A stretch of DNA of 64,000 nt, taken from assembly GCA_045863335.1 (NCBI GenBank), contig BTVY01000014.1:1-64000 (forward strand), written 5' to 3'. Under the pieces are notes generated by a model. That model saw nothing but the letters and a program-made list of their open reading frames with translations. It searched no databases and was not told where the DNA came from. This DNA is from Candidatus Hydrogenedentota bacterium (GTDB lineage Bacteria > Hydrogenedentota > Hydrogenedentia > Hydrogenedentales > SLHB01). Positions 38,535 to 49,260 of this stretch are shown piece after piece (position 1 is the first letter of the stretch; the number at the start of each line of letters is the position of its first letter). The translations under genes and the position numbers were made by a program.

Positions 38535-40175
38535 TCAGCCTCGGAAGTAGATGAGAACGCCGGTCACAACAATCAACAAGACAACCGTAAGACCCAGGTT
38601 CAGCCGTTTGCCTCTTGCCTCGAGTTCGATTCCCTCGATAGCGGCCTCTTTCTCAACCGTCTGGAACGTGAGGCCGCGCAGTTGTTCGTTGGGCACGGGC
38701 CGGGTCAACAGACTGACGACGACCAGGATCCCGGTGCATACCGCAAAGAGCACGAGGGCGAAATGAAGGAAATTGATGGTGGCGATGTAAAAGAGCAGGC
38801 CGTCGCCCAGGCTGCCCTTATTCAGCTCGAGCACGAGTCGCCCCATGCCCAACACGAACCCGGATACCATGGCAGCCATGGCGCCCGCGCCGTTGACGCG
38901 CTTGAAAAAGATGCCGAAGAGGAACACCGCCGCGATGGGCGGCGCGATATAGGCCTGTACGCTTTGGAGATACTGGTAGAGTTGTCCGGAGATATAACTC
39001 ATGAATGGAATCCAGGCAAGACCCAAGACAACCATCACGATGGTCGAGATTTGCCCGACCCACACCAGCCGTCGCTCAGACGCTTCCGGATGCAGCTTCT
39101 TGTAGATGTCCAGTGTGACCAGGGTCGAACATGAATTGAATACCGAAGACAACGAACTCATCAGGGCGGCGAGCAATCCGCCGACGACCAGGCCCCGAAT
39201 CCCCACCGGAAGCAGTGCGCCGACAAGCACCGGCAACGCGTGATCCGGCGCGTCGAGGGCGAGTTGACCTGACTTGGCCAAGGCATACGCGATGACGCCG
39301 GGGATGACGAAAATGAAAAGCGGCAGCACTTTCAGGTAGCCCGCGAAAATCGCGCCGCGACGGGCTTGTTCCACGTTCGGCGCGGACAGGACGCGCTGGA
39401 CGATGAACTGGTCGGTGCACCAATACCAGACGCCGAGAATGGGCGCGCCGAACACGATGCCGGTCCAGGGGAAAGCGGGATCGGACATGGGCTTCCACAA
39501 GCTGAAGAACTCCGGCCCGGCCGCTTGGTGCAGTGCGTTCCAGCCGCCAATCTTGTCCAGTCCGATGATGGTGACCGCGATGCCGCCGGCGACGAGCACG
39601 AACATTTGGAACATGTCCGTATACAACACCGCGCGGAGACCGCCAAAGACGGTGTAAATGCCGGTCGCGATCACCACGATTAAAGCGCCAGTCCAGAAAT
39701 TGATGCCCATGAGGGACTCGAAGACAATTCCGCCCGCATAGATGGAAACCGAGATCTTGGTGAGCACGTAGCCGACGATGGAAATCAGCGCGAGGTACCA
39801 GCGCGTCGCTGGCGAATAACGGCGTTCGAGAAATTCCGGCATGGTGTAGACGCCGCTCTTGATGTAGAAGGGGACGAAGACCCATCCAAGCACGAGCAGG
39901 AGGAACGACGCGAGGATCTCGAACTGGCCCACCGCGACGCCGCTCGCCGCGCCCGTGCCCGCTAGGCCGACGAGGTGTTCGGACCCGATGTTGGACGCGA
40001 AGAGCGAAGCGCCGATGACGAACCATCCCACGTGACGTCCCGCAAGAAAGTAATCGGCCGAAGTATCACGGGTGTGATCCTTCCAGGTCGACCAGATTGC
40101 CACACCGAAGACGGCGACAAAATACGCCCCGATGACCACCCAATCCACCGCTACCAGCGATCCGCCCGATTCCAT
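38535..40175 (-). CDS. sodium:solute (sugar) symporter, SGLT-like
   Basis: SLFASNIGSEH, TMPEFL.RRY, WYWCTDQFIVQR. Confidence 0.92.
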   Translation of the reverse strand: MESGGSLVAVDWVVIGAYFVAVFGVAIWSTWKDHTRDTSADYFLAGRHVGWFVIGASLFASNIGSEHLVGLAGTGAASGVAVGQFEILASFLLLVLGWVFVPFYIKSGVYTMPEFLERRYSPATRWYLALISIVGYVLTKISVSIYAGGIVFESLMGINFWTGALIVVIATGIYTVFGGLRAVLYTDMFQMFVLVAGGIAVTIIGLDKIGGWNALHQAAGPEFFSLWKPMSDPAFPWTGIVFGAPILGVWYWCTDQFIVQRVLSAPNVEQARRGAIFAGYLKVLPLFIFVIPGVIAYALAKSGQLALDAPDHALPVLVGALLPVGIRGLVVGGLLAALMSSLSSVFNSCSTLVTLDIYKKLHPEASERRLVWVGQISTIVMVVLGLAWIPFMSYISGQLYQYLQSVQAYIAPPIAAVFLFGIFFKRVNGAGAMAAMVSGFVLGMGRLVLELNKGSLGDGLLFYIATINFLHFALVLFAVCTGILVVVSLLTRPVPNEQLRGLTFQTVEKEAAIEGIELEARGKRLNLGLTVVLLIVVTGVLIYFRG

Positions 40176-40363
40176 ATTGGCTCCTCTCCGCCGTTTGCGC
40201 GCATTACATCCCGCGAGCCACCATCGTAGGCGGCGGCGCGGTACGCTTCAAGGCAACAATACATGGCGCGGATAAGTGTGCTAGACTCGCGGTCTACCCA
40301 GCAGGGGCAACGGAAATCGGCAAAGCCGCGGCAGGCGGTCCTAACGGATAGGAAGTCGACATC

Positions 40364-41329
40364 ATGAACAAGCGGTCGTTTAGTTGGTCACTCCTCGCTC
40401 TGGTCTGTGCCACGATTCTTTTCAACGGATGCGGCGACCCGGACAAAAACAAGCTGATCTTCAAGCCGGAAGTCAACGTCGCGCGAAACGTCAACGTCTC
40501 CGACGCCATGACGATGAGCATGAACCTCATGGGCATGGAGATGACGATAGGCAATACGAAGGACACGACCTACATCATGACGCCGAAGGCCGTTGACGAA
40601 GCCGGCAACGTGACGCTGGATGTGACCTACGATCGCATCGACACCGAAGTGACCGGACTTGATAGTCTGTTGGGCGGCGCGAACATGCCGAACGTACCCG
40701 GCCTGGAAGATCCCATGGGCGTCACGGCCATGGAGAAGGCCTTGGAGGTTATGAAGGGAGAAACCTTCACCCTCCGCGTGAGCCGGTTCGGCGAAGTGCT
40801 TGGCGTGGAGGGCGCCGATTCCATCGCGGCGAAAGTGGCCGATGCCTACGATTCGCCGGCCCATATCCCCGGCGCCGACATGAAGGCCTCCCTGCGGCAA
40901 GGGCTGGGTGATTCTGGCACCGTGGAACTCATGAAGCAGATCTTCATGAAAGCGCCCGACCAGGCGTTGAATCCCGGCGATTCATGGCAGGAGACGATTA
41001 CGCGCGATGACTTGGCGATTCCGACAAACATTACTTCAACCATTACCGTGGGCGGGCGTGATGCTGGCATCCTCACGCTGAACAGCGTGGATCAGTACAA
41101 CTTCGACTTCACCAAAGGCCCTCTCGGGAAGGCAATGACGTCGGGCAGCGCGAGCGCGACGCTCTCCGGCGAGGGCAGCGGCACGGCCGAGTACGAGGAA
41201 GCGACGGGCTGGCCTCGGAAGTTTGTGTCCACGGCCAAGGCTTCGGGAAGCATGTCGCCCGCGGCGGGCATCAGTTTCCCCATGGAGATCTCTGCGAAAA
41301 GCGAGGTCGCTTCGTATGCGAGCCCGTGA
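40364..41329 (+). CDS. lipoprotein (DUF6263-like)
   Basis: Lipobox FNGC, beta-rich, PGDSW and terminal G..EYEEATGW pattern. Confidence 0.65.
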   Translation: MNKRSFSWSLLALVCATILFNGCGDPDKNKLIFKPEVNVARNVNVSDAMTMSMNLMGMEMTIGNTKDTTYIMTPKAVDEAGNVTLDVTYDRIDTEVTGLDSLLGGANMPNVPGLEDPMGVTAMEKALEVMKGETFTLRVSRFGEVLGVEGADSIAAKVADAYDSPAHIPGADMKASLRQGLGDSGTVELMKQIFMKAPDQALNPGDSWQETITRDDLAIPTNITSTITVGGRDAGILTLNSVDQYNFDFTKGPLGKAMTSGSASATLSGEGSGTAEYEEATGWPRKFVSTAKASGSMSPAAGISFPMEISAKSEVASYASP

Positions 41330-41931
41330 GCGACGATCAGATTAAATCTACCGAGACGTTGGAATCCCTGCTGGCCGAGGTGCGAGCATGCCGGATATGT
41401 GACGGCGTCCTGCCCTTAGGGCCGCGGCCTGTCCTGCGCGCATCGGTTTCGGCGCGCATTCTCATTGTGGGGCAGGCCCCCGGCACGCGCGTGCACGAAA
41501 CCGGCACTCCATGGAACGATCCCAGTGGCGACCGGCTGCGATCCTGGATGAATGTGGACCGCGAAACCTTCTACGACGAAGGGCGCATCGCAATCATCCC
41601 CATGGGGTACTGCTATCCGGGCCGCAACCCCCGCGGCGGGGATTTGCCGCCTCGTCCGGAATGCGCTCGGCATTGGCTGGACCGGCTGCTGGCGCAGTTG
41701 CCGGAGATTCGATTGACCATCCTCGCGGGGCAGTACGCGCAGCGCCATTACCTCGCAGACCGCATGAAAAAGACGCTGACCGAGACCGTCCGCGCGTGGC
41801 GGGAGTATTTCCCCGAGTACCTGCCGACGCCGCATCCTTCGCCACGCAACACCTATTGGTTGCAGCAGAACCCCTGGTTTGAGAATGAGGCCGTGCCCGC
41901 GCTGCGCGAGCGCGTAAAGCGGTTCTTGTGA
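41326..41931 (+). CDS. uracil-DNA glycosylase family protein
   Basis: CRIC, GQAPG, WNDPSGDRLR, CYPG, PHPSPRN. Confidence 0.9.
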   Translation: MSDDQIKSTETLESLLAEVRACRICDGVLPLGPRPVLRASVSARILIVGQAPGTRVHETGTPWNDPSGDRLRSWMNVDRETFYDEGRIAIIPMGYCYPGRNPRGGDLPPRPECARHWLDRLLAQLPEIRLTILAGQYAQRHYLADRMKKTLTETVRAWREYFPEYLPTPHPSPRNTYWLQQNPWFENEAVPALRERVKRFL

Positions 41932-41949
41932 CCCCGGTCGGAAAGATCC

Positions 41950-42855
41950 TCAGAGCAACCCAGTCTCCTGCATTTCTTTGGCCAGGGTTCGCCGTTCCGC
42001 GGGTGTCAGTTCGCGCTGGGGCGGACGGACGAATCCGGGATCGAACCCGCGCAGGCGAACGCCTTCTTTATAGCGGGAGACCATCGCGCCGTAGCGGAAG
42101 GTCCCACAGGCCTGCGAAAGTTTGACCTGACTTTCCCAGGCTTTTTTCAGGTTGCCCTTTTTCACGTTGTTGAAGATGGAAAGGAAGAGTTCCGGCAGGA
42201 CATTCGCCGTACTGGCTACGATCCCGCTGCCGCCGGCCACCAGGGCCTGCATGGAGTACTCGTCGACGCCGTTGATGGCCACGAAACCCTTCGGCACATG
42301 GGTCAGCACGTCATTGAAATGCTGAATGCTGCCGCCGCTGTCCTTCATGCCGACGATGTTGTCGACATTGGTGGCGAGGTCTACGATGAGACTGCGCGAC
42401 AGGGCGTTCTTGGCGCAGCCGGGGATGTTGTAAAGCAGAATGGGAAGATCCCTGGCCGAATTGGCCACTGCGGTAAAGTGGCGTTTGAGCGACTCCTCGT
42501 CGTAGCCGAAGAAACTCGGCGCCACAACGCCGGCCGCATGAGCGCCCGCTTCCTGAGCGTGCCGGGTGAGTTCAATGGTCGATGCTGTGTCGAGACAACC
42601 GGTATGGGCGATTACTTTGACTTTCTTCCCGACCGCCTGGACGACCGTTTCCAGAATCTGCTTTCGTTCCGGGAGGGTCATCAAGGGGCCTTCGCCGGTC
42701 GTGCCGCACACGAACAGGCCGTGGACGCCCTGTTTGGCGAGGTATTCGGCGAGCGCGGCGGCCTTGTCGTAGTCGACGGATTTGCCGCCCTGGGTGAACG
42801 GCGTGAGCATGGCGGGAACGATCCCCTGAAATTTGAACTGCATGATGGCCTCCAA
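41950..42855 (-). CDS. dihydrodipicolinate synthase/N-acetylneuraminate lyase family aldolase
   Basis: GTTGEG, LYNIP, GMKDS. Confidence 0.9.
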   Translation of the reverse strand: MEAIMQFKFQGIVPAMLTPFTQGGKSVDYDKAAALAEYLAKQGVHGLFVCGTTGEGPLMTLPERKQILETVVQAVGKKVKVIAHTGCLDTASTIELTRHAQEAGAHAAGVVAPSFFGYDEESLKRHFTAVANSARDLPILLYNIPGCAKNALSRSLIVDLATNVDNIVGMKDSGGSIQHFNDVLTHVPKGFVAINGVDEYSMQALVAGGSGIVASTANVLPELFLSIFNNVKKGNLKKAWESQVKLSQACGTFRYGAMVSRYKEGVRLRGFDPGFVRPPQRELTPAERRTLAKEMQETGLL

Positions 42856-43042
42856 TAGAGCAGGTTGCGCGTCGTGAGCGCAGGTGAATCCCCGTGACGA
42901 AAAAGCGATGTCAGTATACGCTCGGCTCCGGTGGGAATTAAACCTGCTGGTGGCATGAAGCCGGAAGCGGATTGATTCAAGGCGGCTATGCTATCGTAGT
43001 GCGCGTTCAAACCTGGTGTCTCCTCATTCTGGGAGTTTCGAT

Positions 43043-44590
43043 ATGAAAGGCCAACCCAAAGCGTCCTTTGAAGGCAAGACGAAAGCGTCCGACGGCTCAC
43101 GCCATCGCGTATCCGAAGAGGCCATGGCGACCGTTGTCATCTTTGGCGCGACCGGCGATTTGGCGGGGCGCAAGCTCGTGCCGGCGATATACAATCTGTG
43201 GAACTCGGGTTTTCTGCCGAAGCGCATCGCCGTGGTGGGCGTGGCGCGCCGGCCCAAGTCAGACAACGAATTCCGTCAGGAGATGTGCGAGGCGCTGAAG
43301 AAATATTCGCGCACCAACGACAATCTCGGCGATCATTGCGATCCCTTCGTCTCCAACCTCTACTACCAGCAACTGGAATTCAACGATGACGAGGGCTACG
43401 CAAACCTCAAGAAGCGGCTGGAAGAAATCGAAAACAAGATTGGCTCGCCCGGCCATCGTTTGTACTACCTCGCCGTGGGGCCGGAGTTCTTTGCGCCCAT
43501 CGTGGAAGACCTGGGCCGCGCCGGGTTGGTCAGCGCCATGGGCGAAGACCGATGGACGCGCATGGTCGTGGAGAAGCCCTTTGGACACGACTTGCAATCG
43601 GCACGGGAATTGGATGCGCGGCTGGGCGCGGTGCTCGCGGAAGATCAAATCCTCCGCATCGATCACTACCTTGGCAAAGAGACCGTGCAAAACATCTTCG
43701 CGTTCCGCTTCGGCAACGCCATCTTTGAACCTCTCTTCAACCAGAAGTATGTCGATCACGTTCAAATCACCATGGCGGAAACCGTGGGCATGGAAGGGCG
43801 CCGTGGCGCCTTTTACGACAAGACGGGCGCCCTGCGGGACGTACTACAGAATCACCTCCTCCAACTATTGTGTCTTGTCGCCATGGAGCCTCCGGCCCTG
43901 CCCGGCGCCAAACATACGCGCGACGAGAAAATGAAGGTTTTGAGTTCTGTTGCGGTGCCGGTCGATGAGCCTCTAGCCCAGTGGTGCGTGCGGGGCCAGT
44001 ATGCAGGCGGGCAGGATATCCTGGGGTACGTTTCCGAGGAAGGCGTAGCTCCGGACTCCCACACGGAAACCTACGTGGCGCTGCGCCTCAAGATCGACAA
44101 CTGGCGTTGGGCCGGAGTGCCGTTTATGCTGCGCACCGGCAAGCGGCTGAAGTCGCGGGTCACCGAAATTACGGTGCAGTTCAAGCAGCCGCCGACACAC
44201 TTCTTCCGCGAGATGGGGTTGCCCATCCCCGAAACCAATATGCTGGCCTTTCGCATCCAGCCGGACGAGGCGATTTCGCTTCGTTTCAACGCCAAACCAC
44301 CCGGCACGGAGATGAATATTCAATCCGTAAACATGAATTTTAATTACGGGCACACCTTTCAGGAGGAACTGCCCGAGGCCTACGAGCGCCTCTTGCTTGA
44401 CGCGTTGCGCGGTGATTCGACCCTCTTCATGCGCACCGACGAAATCGACTATTCGTGGCAGATTGCGACGCAGATCGCAGACGCCTGGGAAGGCGCGCCG
44501 CCACCGGAATTGTATCGCCCCGGCACCTGGGGACCCAACGAGGCGGCGCGATTGTTTGAAGGATGCGAAGGGAGGTGGCGCGAACCATGA
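43043..44590 (+). CDS. zwf: glucose-6-phosphate 1-dehydrogenase
   Basis: GATGDLA, EKPFG, RIDHYLGKE, RWAGVPF. Confidence 0.95.
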   Translation: MKGQPKASFEGKTKASDGSRHRVSEEAMATVVIFGATGDLAGRKLVPAIYNLWNSGFLPKRIAVVGVARRPKSDNEFRQEMCEALKKYSRTNDNLGDHCDPFVSNLYYQQLEFNDDEGYANLKKRLEEIENKIGSPGHRLYYLAVGPEFFAPIVEDLGRAGLVSAMGEDRWTRMVVEKPFGHDLQSARELDARLGAVLAEDQILRIDHYLGKETVQNIFAFRFGNAIFEPLFNQKYVDHVQITMAETVGMEGRRGAFYDKTGALRDVLQNHLLQLLCLVAMEPPALPGAKHTRDEKMKVLSSVAVPVDEPLAQWCVRGQYAGGQDILGYVSEEGVAPDSHTETYVALRLKIDNWRWAGVPFMLRTGKRLKSRVTEITVQFKQPPTHFFREMGLPIPETNMLAFRIQPDEAISLRFNAKPPGTEMNIQSVNMNFNYGHTFQEELPEAYERLLLDALRGDSTLFMRTDEIDYSWQIATQIADAWEGAPPPELYRPGTWGPNEAARLFEGCEGRWREP

Positions 44591-45372
44591 TGACTTTTGT
44601 CAGTGAAATGATGTTAATCGCTCAGGCTGCCGTAGCCGCAACCGGCGCATGCGCCCATCGCGGCGACGTGAAGAACGCGCCGGAGAACACCATTCCCGCG
44701 TTTGCGTCCGCCGTGCGACTTGGGGCGCAGCAGATCGAATTCGACGTGCAGCTTTCCAAAGACGGCGAATTGGTGATCATGCACGACGGTACCCTGGATC
44801 GAACGACCGACGGAACGGGTGCCGTGAGCGATCTGACCTTTACGGAGTTGCGCGCCTTGGATGCTGGGAGTTGGTTCGACCCGAAGTTCGCTGGCACGCG
44901 AATCCCCACCTTGCGCGAGACGCTGGAAGTCATCCCCGAGACCGTCTTGTGCAATGTCCATCTTAAGAACTCGCCCGGCGTCGCTGCGGCGTCCGCCCAA
45001 TTGATTCAGGAGATGGGCCGTCTGGACCAGGGCTTCCTGGCCTGCACCGTCGAACAGGCGGAAGAGGCCCGGGCCGTGGTGCCGGAGATACGGATCTGCA
45101 ACATGTCGCGCCAGGGCAGCGACCGGCAGGCCTACGTGGACCTCACGCTCGAACGAAACTGCGACTACATTCAATTGCACAAGAACAACGGCACGGACGG
45201 CCTGCGCGAAGCCGTTGAGCAGCTCCACGCCGGCGGCGTGAAGGTCAATTACTTTGGCGCACAGGACGCACCAACGATTCGCGCGTTGGCCGAGGGCGGC
45301 GTCGATTACATCTTGACGGACGATTTGTCCTTGTGCCTTAAAGTCCTGGACGAGGTGGCCAAAACGAAGTAA
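44587..45372 (+). CDS. glycerophosphodiester phosphodiesterase family protein
   Basis: AHRG..PENT, EFDV, HD.TLDRTT, GVDYILTD. Confidence 0.9.
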   Translation: MMTFVSEMMLIAQAAVAATGACAHRGDVKNAPENTIPAFASAVRLGAQQIEFDVQLSKDGELVIMHDGTLDRTTDGTGAVSDLTFTELRALDAGSWFDPKFAGTRIPTLRETLEVIPETVLCNVHLKNSPGVAAASAQLIQEMGRLDQGFLACTVEQAEEARAVVPEIRICNMSRQGSDRQAYVDLTLERNCDYIQLHKNNGTDGLREAVEQLHAGGVKVNYFGAQDAPTIRALAEGGVDYILTDDLSLCLKVLDEVAKTK

Positions 45373-45392
45373 CATACGATGCATCGGGTGTC

Positions 45393-46097
45393 GTGACAGA
45401 ATACAAGGGGAGCGTTCGTTTCGTGGACATGAAACTGGAGATCAGTCCGGAACCGGAACGCGCTCTCGCCAAGGCGCTCATCGAGTACCTCGGCGGCATC
45501 GAGGAACCCCACATCGCCGTCTCCGGCGGGTCGACGCCGCGCGATCTATACCGCCTGCTCGCGGCAAAATATGTGAAGAAGATCCCCTGGTCGCGCCTCA
45601 CGGTTTTCCAGGTCGACGAGCGTTGCGTGCCGCCAGGCGACAAACAGTCAAACTGGCGCATGCTCGACAAGGAGCTCCTGTCGAAGGTGGACGGCGTGAC
45701 GGCTTACCGCATCGAAGCCGAACGCGATGGCGCGGCAGAGGACTATGAACGCGCCCTCATCGAGCACGCGCCCATCGGTCTCCATGCGGTTCCGCAACTG
45801 GACCTGATTCTCCTGGGGATGGGCGGCGATGGCCACACCGCATCGCTCTTCCCCGGCACGAAAGCCCTCAAAGAATCCAAGCGCCTCGTCGTACGCAACG
45901 CCGTTCCCGTGTTGGGTGCCGATCGCATCACGATGACCTACCCCCTGATCAACGCCGCGCGGGAGCGATGGTTCCTCGTGCGGGGCGAGGACAAAGCGAA
46001 AGCATTCGAAAAGGTTCGTCAGGGAAAGCTTCCCGCTGCTCAAGTCGTCAACGCGCGCTGGTTCCTCGATCCAACGGCCGCGGGGGAGACAAAATAG
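45393..46097 (+). CDS. pgl: 6-phosphogluconolactonase
   Basis: SGGSTP, DERCVP, SN, LGMGGDGHTASLFP. Start may be 45429. Confidence 0.92.
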   Translation: MTEYKGSVRFVDMKLEISPEPERALAKALIEYLGGIEEPHIAVSGGSTPRDLYRLLAAKYVKKIPWSRLTVFQVDERCVPPGDKQSNWRMLDKELLSKVDGVTAYRIEAERDGAAEDYERALIEHAPIGLHAVPQLDLILLGMGGDGHTASLFPGTKALKESKRLVVRNAVPVLGADRITMTYPLINAARERWFLVRGEDKAKAFEKVRQGKLPAAQVVNARWFLDPTAAGETK

Positions 46098-46129
46098 AAA
46101 CCCCTCCGTTCGACTTTCGAACGGAGGGG
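46091..46129 (-). terminator. terminator hairpin between convergent pgl and CBS genes
   Basis: 13 bp perfect stem CCCCTCCGTTCGA/TCGAACGGAGGGG, T-rich tail on the minus strand. Confidence 0.7.
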
Positions 46130-46151
46130 CCATCACGATTCACTTCGTAAA

Positions 46152-46685
46152 TTATCCGTGCCGGTTGCTCAGCAATGCGGCGAGGTTTTCCGGGCGTTGC
46201 GAGGCGACGAGACGCTGCAGTTCATTGATCGACATGGGAGACTGCATCGTCTTGAGTTCGTCTTCGTACCGCTCTTTCTCCAGCGCCAGCTCGCGTTGCA
46301 TGCACTGAATGCCGCGCAGCATGTCCTGGCGGCTGATGCGGCCGACTGGTTTTCCGTCTTCCAAAACCGGGAGCACGGCGAAATTCGTGCTGAGGAATTC
46401 GCGCGCGACGGAGAATAGGTCCATGTCCGCTGTGAGCACGCCTTTCAGCTCCGACATGTAGTCGGCCACCGTTCCGCCTCCGAGGTGCCCGTAGGCTTCA
46501 TGGGACATAACCCGGAGACAATCCTTTTCCGTCAGGATCCCGATGAGGTTGCCGTCCGCGTCCAGCACGGGGGCGCCGGATGCGCGCTTGCTTGCGAGGA
46601 TGTCGATGGCCTCGTACACGTCCATATCAGGGCGGAGCGTGACGAACCAGACCGACATGCAATCGCGTGCGGTAGGTACTTTCAT
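46152..46685 (-). CDS. CBS domain pair protein
   Basis: SGAPVLD..GILTEKD and LPVLEDG..GRISRQD. Confidence 0.88.
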   Translation of the reverse strand: MKVPTARDCMSVWFVTLRPDMDVYEAIDILASKRASGAPVLDADGNLIGILTEKDCLRVMSHEAYGHLGGGTVADYMSELKGVLTADMDLFSVAREFLSTNFAVLPVLEDGKPVGRISRQDMLRGIQCMQRELALEKERYEDELKTMQSPMSINELQRLVASQRPENLAALLSNRHG

Positions 46686-47050
46686 GGTACGACCTCCCTC
46701 TTCCCGAATTCACAGCTCAAGCGGGTCAACCTCCGCGTACTGCCGATTCATCAGTATAGCAAGTAAAAGGGGGCGGCATTCGCATTGGGACCTCCAGGAA
46801 GACGCTTAACCAGCATCAGATCAAGGCTTTGAATCTGAATTTCTGAGGCATGAAAAGTGGTGGGGGAAACCAGCCATTTTCGCGCATGGCCGCGCACGTT
46901 GTAACGTGCTTATTTTCACGATTTTGCGAAGGCATTGAAGCGCGGCAACCAAGCCGATCCGGGTGAATATTGTGAATGAGTCGAAATGGAGCCGTGCTGA
47001 CCCCATGGCGGGTGGCGGTGCTCAGGTTAGTCGTGGCAACCCATGCGGTT

Positions 47051-47251
47051 CTACTTTGGATCGTCTAGCTGGCTCACCCCCTTGCGAAGCATTTGCTCCA
47101 CAATTTGACTTACCTCCTCGCCGCGGGACTTCGCTAGACGTTCCAGCTTCACCTGGAGTTGCAGATCCAAATAAATCGGAAGACGGATCGTCGCATCTTT
47201 TCGATAAAACTTGCCCCGCTCGGCATCGCTAAAATCGTACTCATCCTTCAT
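47051..47251 (-). CDS. BrnA/CopG-like antitoxin-type ribbon-helix-helix protein (orphan)
   Basis: MKDEYDFS..ERGKFY..IYLD pattern typical of BrnT-associated antitoxins. Confidence 0.6.
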   Translation of the reverse strand: MKDEYDFSDAERGKFYRKDATIRLPIYLDLQLQVKLERLAKSRGEEVSQIVEQMLRKGVSQLDDPK

Positions 47252-47388
47252 GCTCAATCACCGTTGCATACTGCGCCGCTTGCTACTCCATACAATACCA
47301 GTTACAACTTGTCTTTGTCTGCGACCTCCCACTAGACTACGCTTCCGATTCAATGTGGGGAAATCCAGCGATAAGGAACCGAACTGCC

Positions 47389-48654
47389 GTGAGTACGATA
47401 GAACGTTGCGAAGCCTTTCTTCAGGAAGTCCAGAACCATCTCCGTGACGAATTATTGCCCTTCTGGCTGACCCATGGGGTCGACAAGGAGTACGGCGGAT
47501 TCCTCACCTACCTGGACAAAGACGGCAAGCCCACGGGCGAGACGGTCAAGACGCATCTGTGTCAGACGCGCTGTATCTACACCTATTCCTCCGTCCATCG
47601 CGCGGGCATCGGCGAAGGCGAGTTCCTCAAGATTGCGCGGCAGGGCGTCGACTTCATTCTCGATCACTGCTGGGATGACGATCACGGCGGCTGGTACTGG
47701 ACGGCCGAGCAGGATGGCACGCCCATCAATCGGAGCAAACTCACCTACGGCCATTCCTTCGCCATTTACGCGCTCAGCGAATACGGCATGGCCTCCGGCG
47801 ATCATCGCGGCATCGAGTGGGCGGTAAAGACCTACGAGGTGCTGCAATGCCTCGCGGCGGACAACTGCCACGGCGGCTACTACGAGTTCCTGGAAGAAGA
47901 TTGGTCCAAGAAGCGGCCCGGCAAATATGGCGGCGACCGCAAATCCTTCGACGTGCACATGCACCTCATGGAAGCCTTCACGAACCTCTACGAAGCCACC
48001 GGCGCGCGCGTCTACAAAGAACGCACGAAAGAGATCGTCGATCTCATCTTCAAATACATCATGCACCCCGACCACAACCTCGGCATCGCGCAGTTCTCGC
48101 TGGACTGGAAACCGCTCCGGCAGATCCTCTTCGCCGACGTCTGGGGTTCGGATCGCGACGCTGAGGAGGATGAAGGCCGCCCGCTGGACAACACGAGCTA
48201 CGGCCACAACATCGAGTTCGCCTGGCTGCTCATCCACACGATCAAGGTGCTCGGCCTCGATATCGAGGACTACAAGCCCGGGCTGATGAAGATCTTCGAT
48301 CACGCCGTGAAATACGGCATCGACTGGAAACACGGCGGCATCTACTGCGAAGGCCCCTTCGACGGACCCGCCCGCGAGAAGAACAAGGAGTTCTGGCAAC
48401 AGGCCGAGGCCCTCGTCGGCCTGCTCGACGCGTACATCCTCTTCGGCGACGAAAAATACATCGACGCCTACGAGAACATCCACCGCTTCGTCATGGACCA
48501 CGTCATAAACCACAAAGTCGGCGAGTGGTACCCCCTCTTCGACGAAAACTGCAATCGCCTCTGGGACTATATGGGCCACGCCTGGAAGATCAATTACCAC
48601 ACGGTAAGGTCGATGATTCAGAGCGAGGCACGGCTACTGAGGATTACGGGGTAG
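47389..48654 (+). CDS. AGE family epimerase (cellobiose/N-acylglucosamine 2-epimerase-like)
   Basis: D.EYGGF, HMHLMEA, SYGHNIEFAWL, WQQAE, WK.NYH. Confidence 0.9.
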   Translation: MSTIERCEAFLQEVQNHLRDELLPFWLTHGVDKEYGGFLTYLDKDGKPTGETVKTHLCQTRCIYTYSSVHRAGIGEGEFLKIARQGVDFILDHCWDDDHGGWYWTAEQDGTPINRSKLTYGHSFAIYALSEYGMASGDHRGIEWAVKTYEVLQCLAADNCHGGYYEFLEEDWSKKRPGKYGGDRKSFDVHMHLMEAFTNLYEATGARVYKERTKEIVDLIFKYIMHPDHNLGIAQFSLDWKPLRQILFADVWGSDRDAEEDEGRPLDNTSYGHNIEFAWLLIHTIKVLGLDIEDYKPGLMKIFDHAVKYGIDWKHGGIYCEGPFDGPAREKNKEFWQQAEALVGLLDAYILFGDEKYIDAYENIHRFVMDHVINHKVGEWYPLFDENCNRLWDYMGHAWKINYHTVRSMIQSEARLLRITG

Positions 48655-48725
48655 ACGGCGGAACAAGATCGCTGTATCATAATTATGTCGTCCTTGGCGT
48701 GTACGCGAATAGGAGCATCGCTACG

Positions 48726-49127
48726 GTGAATGTCGCAACACCCTCGATATCAAGCGTCATGTCGGACCGCGACGCCCGGATACTGCGCCGCTGTCGAATA
48801 ACATACTCATTTTTCTTGCTCGCCAGCTTGGGCGTGTTCGTGTTGGCTGTCGTTTTAATGATCCCCTCGCTTAATTTGGATGGATCTCCTCGAGTTGTCT
48901 TCCCGCTGATTGGTCTCCAATACATCTTTACTCTATTGGCGGCCGTCGAGTTGATGCGCGTGACGGGCGTCTTGGGCTACTCCATATTGACAGGAATTGG
49001 TGTCCTCCTGCTTACCTTGTTTCCGACGGCGATTCCACTGCTCATCACCGCCTTGATCCTGAACCGTCAGGTTACCCAGGCGCTGGAGAATCATCGAACG
49101 GCGAACGCGCTGCTCCCAACTCCGTAG
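48726..49127 (+). CDS. hypothetical membrane protein
   Basis: AGGAG RBS, three to four hydrophobic segments. Confidence 0.55.
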   Translation: MNVATPSISSVMSDRDARILRRCRITYSFFLLASLGVFVLAVVLMIPSLNLDGSPRVVFPLIGLQYIFTLLAAVELMRVTGVLGYSILTGIGVLLLTLFPTAIPLLITALILNRQVTQALENHRTANALLPTP

Positions 49128-49260
49128 CGTCGCCGTCCAACTGCCCAATCGCCGTGCCGCGCTCATCGAGCGTCAGGCCTACTCGTAGCTGGCTCTACTG
49201 TCCGGCCTTGTGTCCGTGTCCGTCCGTGCCGGTCCGTGTTCCCTCACCATCAGAAATCCC

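Noticed and set aside
40290-40360. Possible c-di-GMP-I riboswitch (GGAAA..GCAAAGCC) upstream of the lipoprotein gene
   Set aside because: I could not build the P1/P2 pairing or find a tetraloop receptor. An Infernal scan would be needed.
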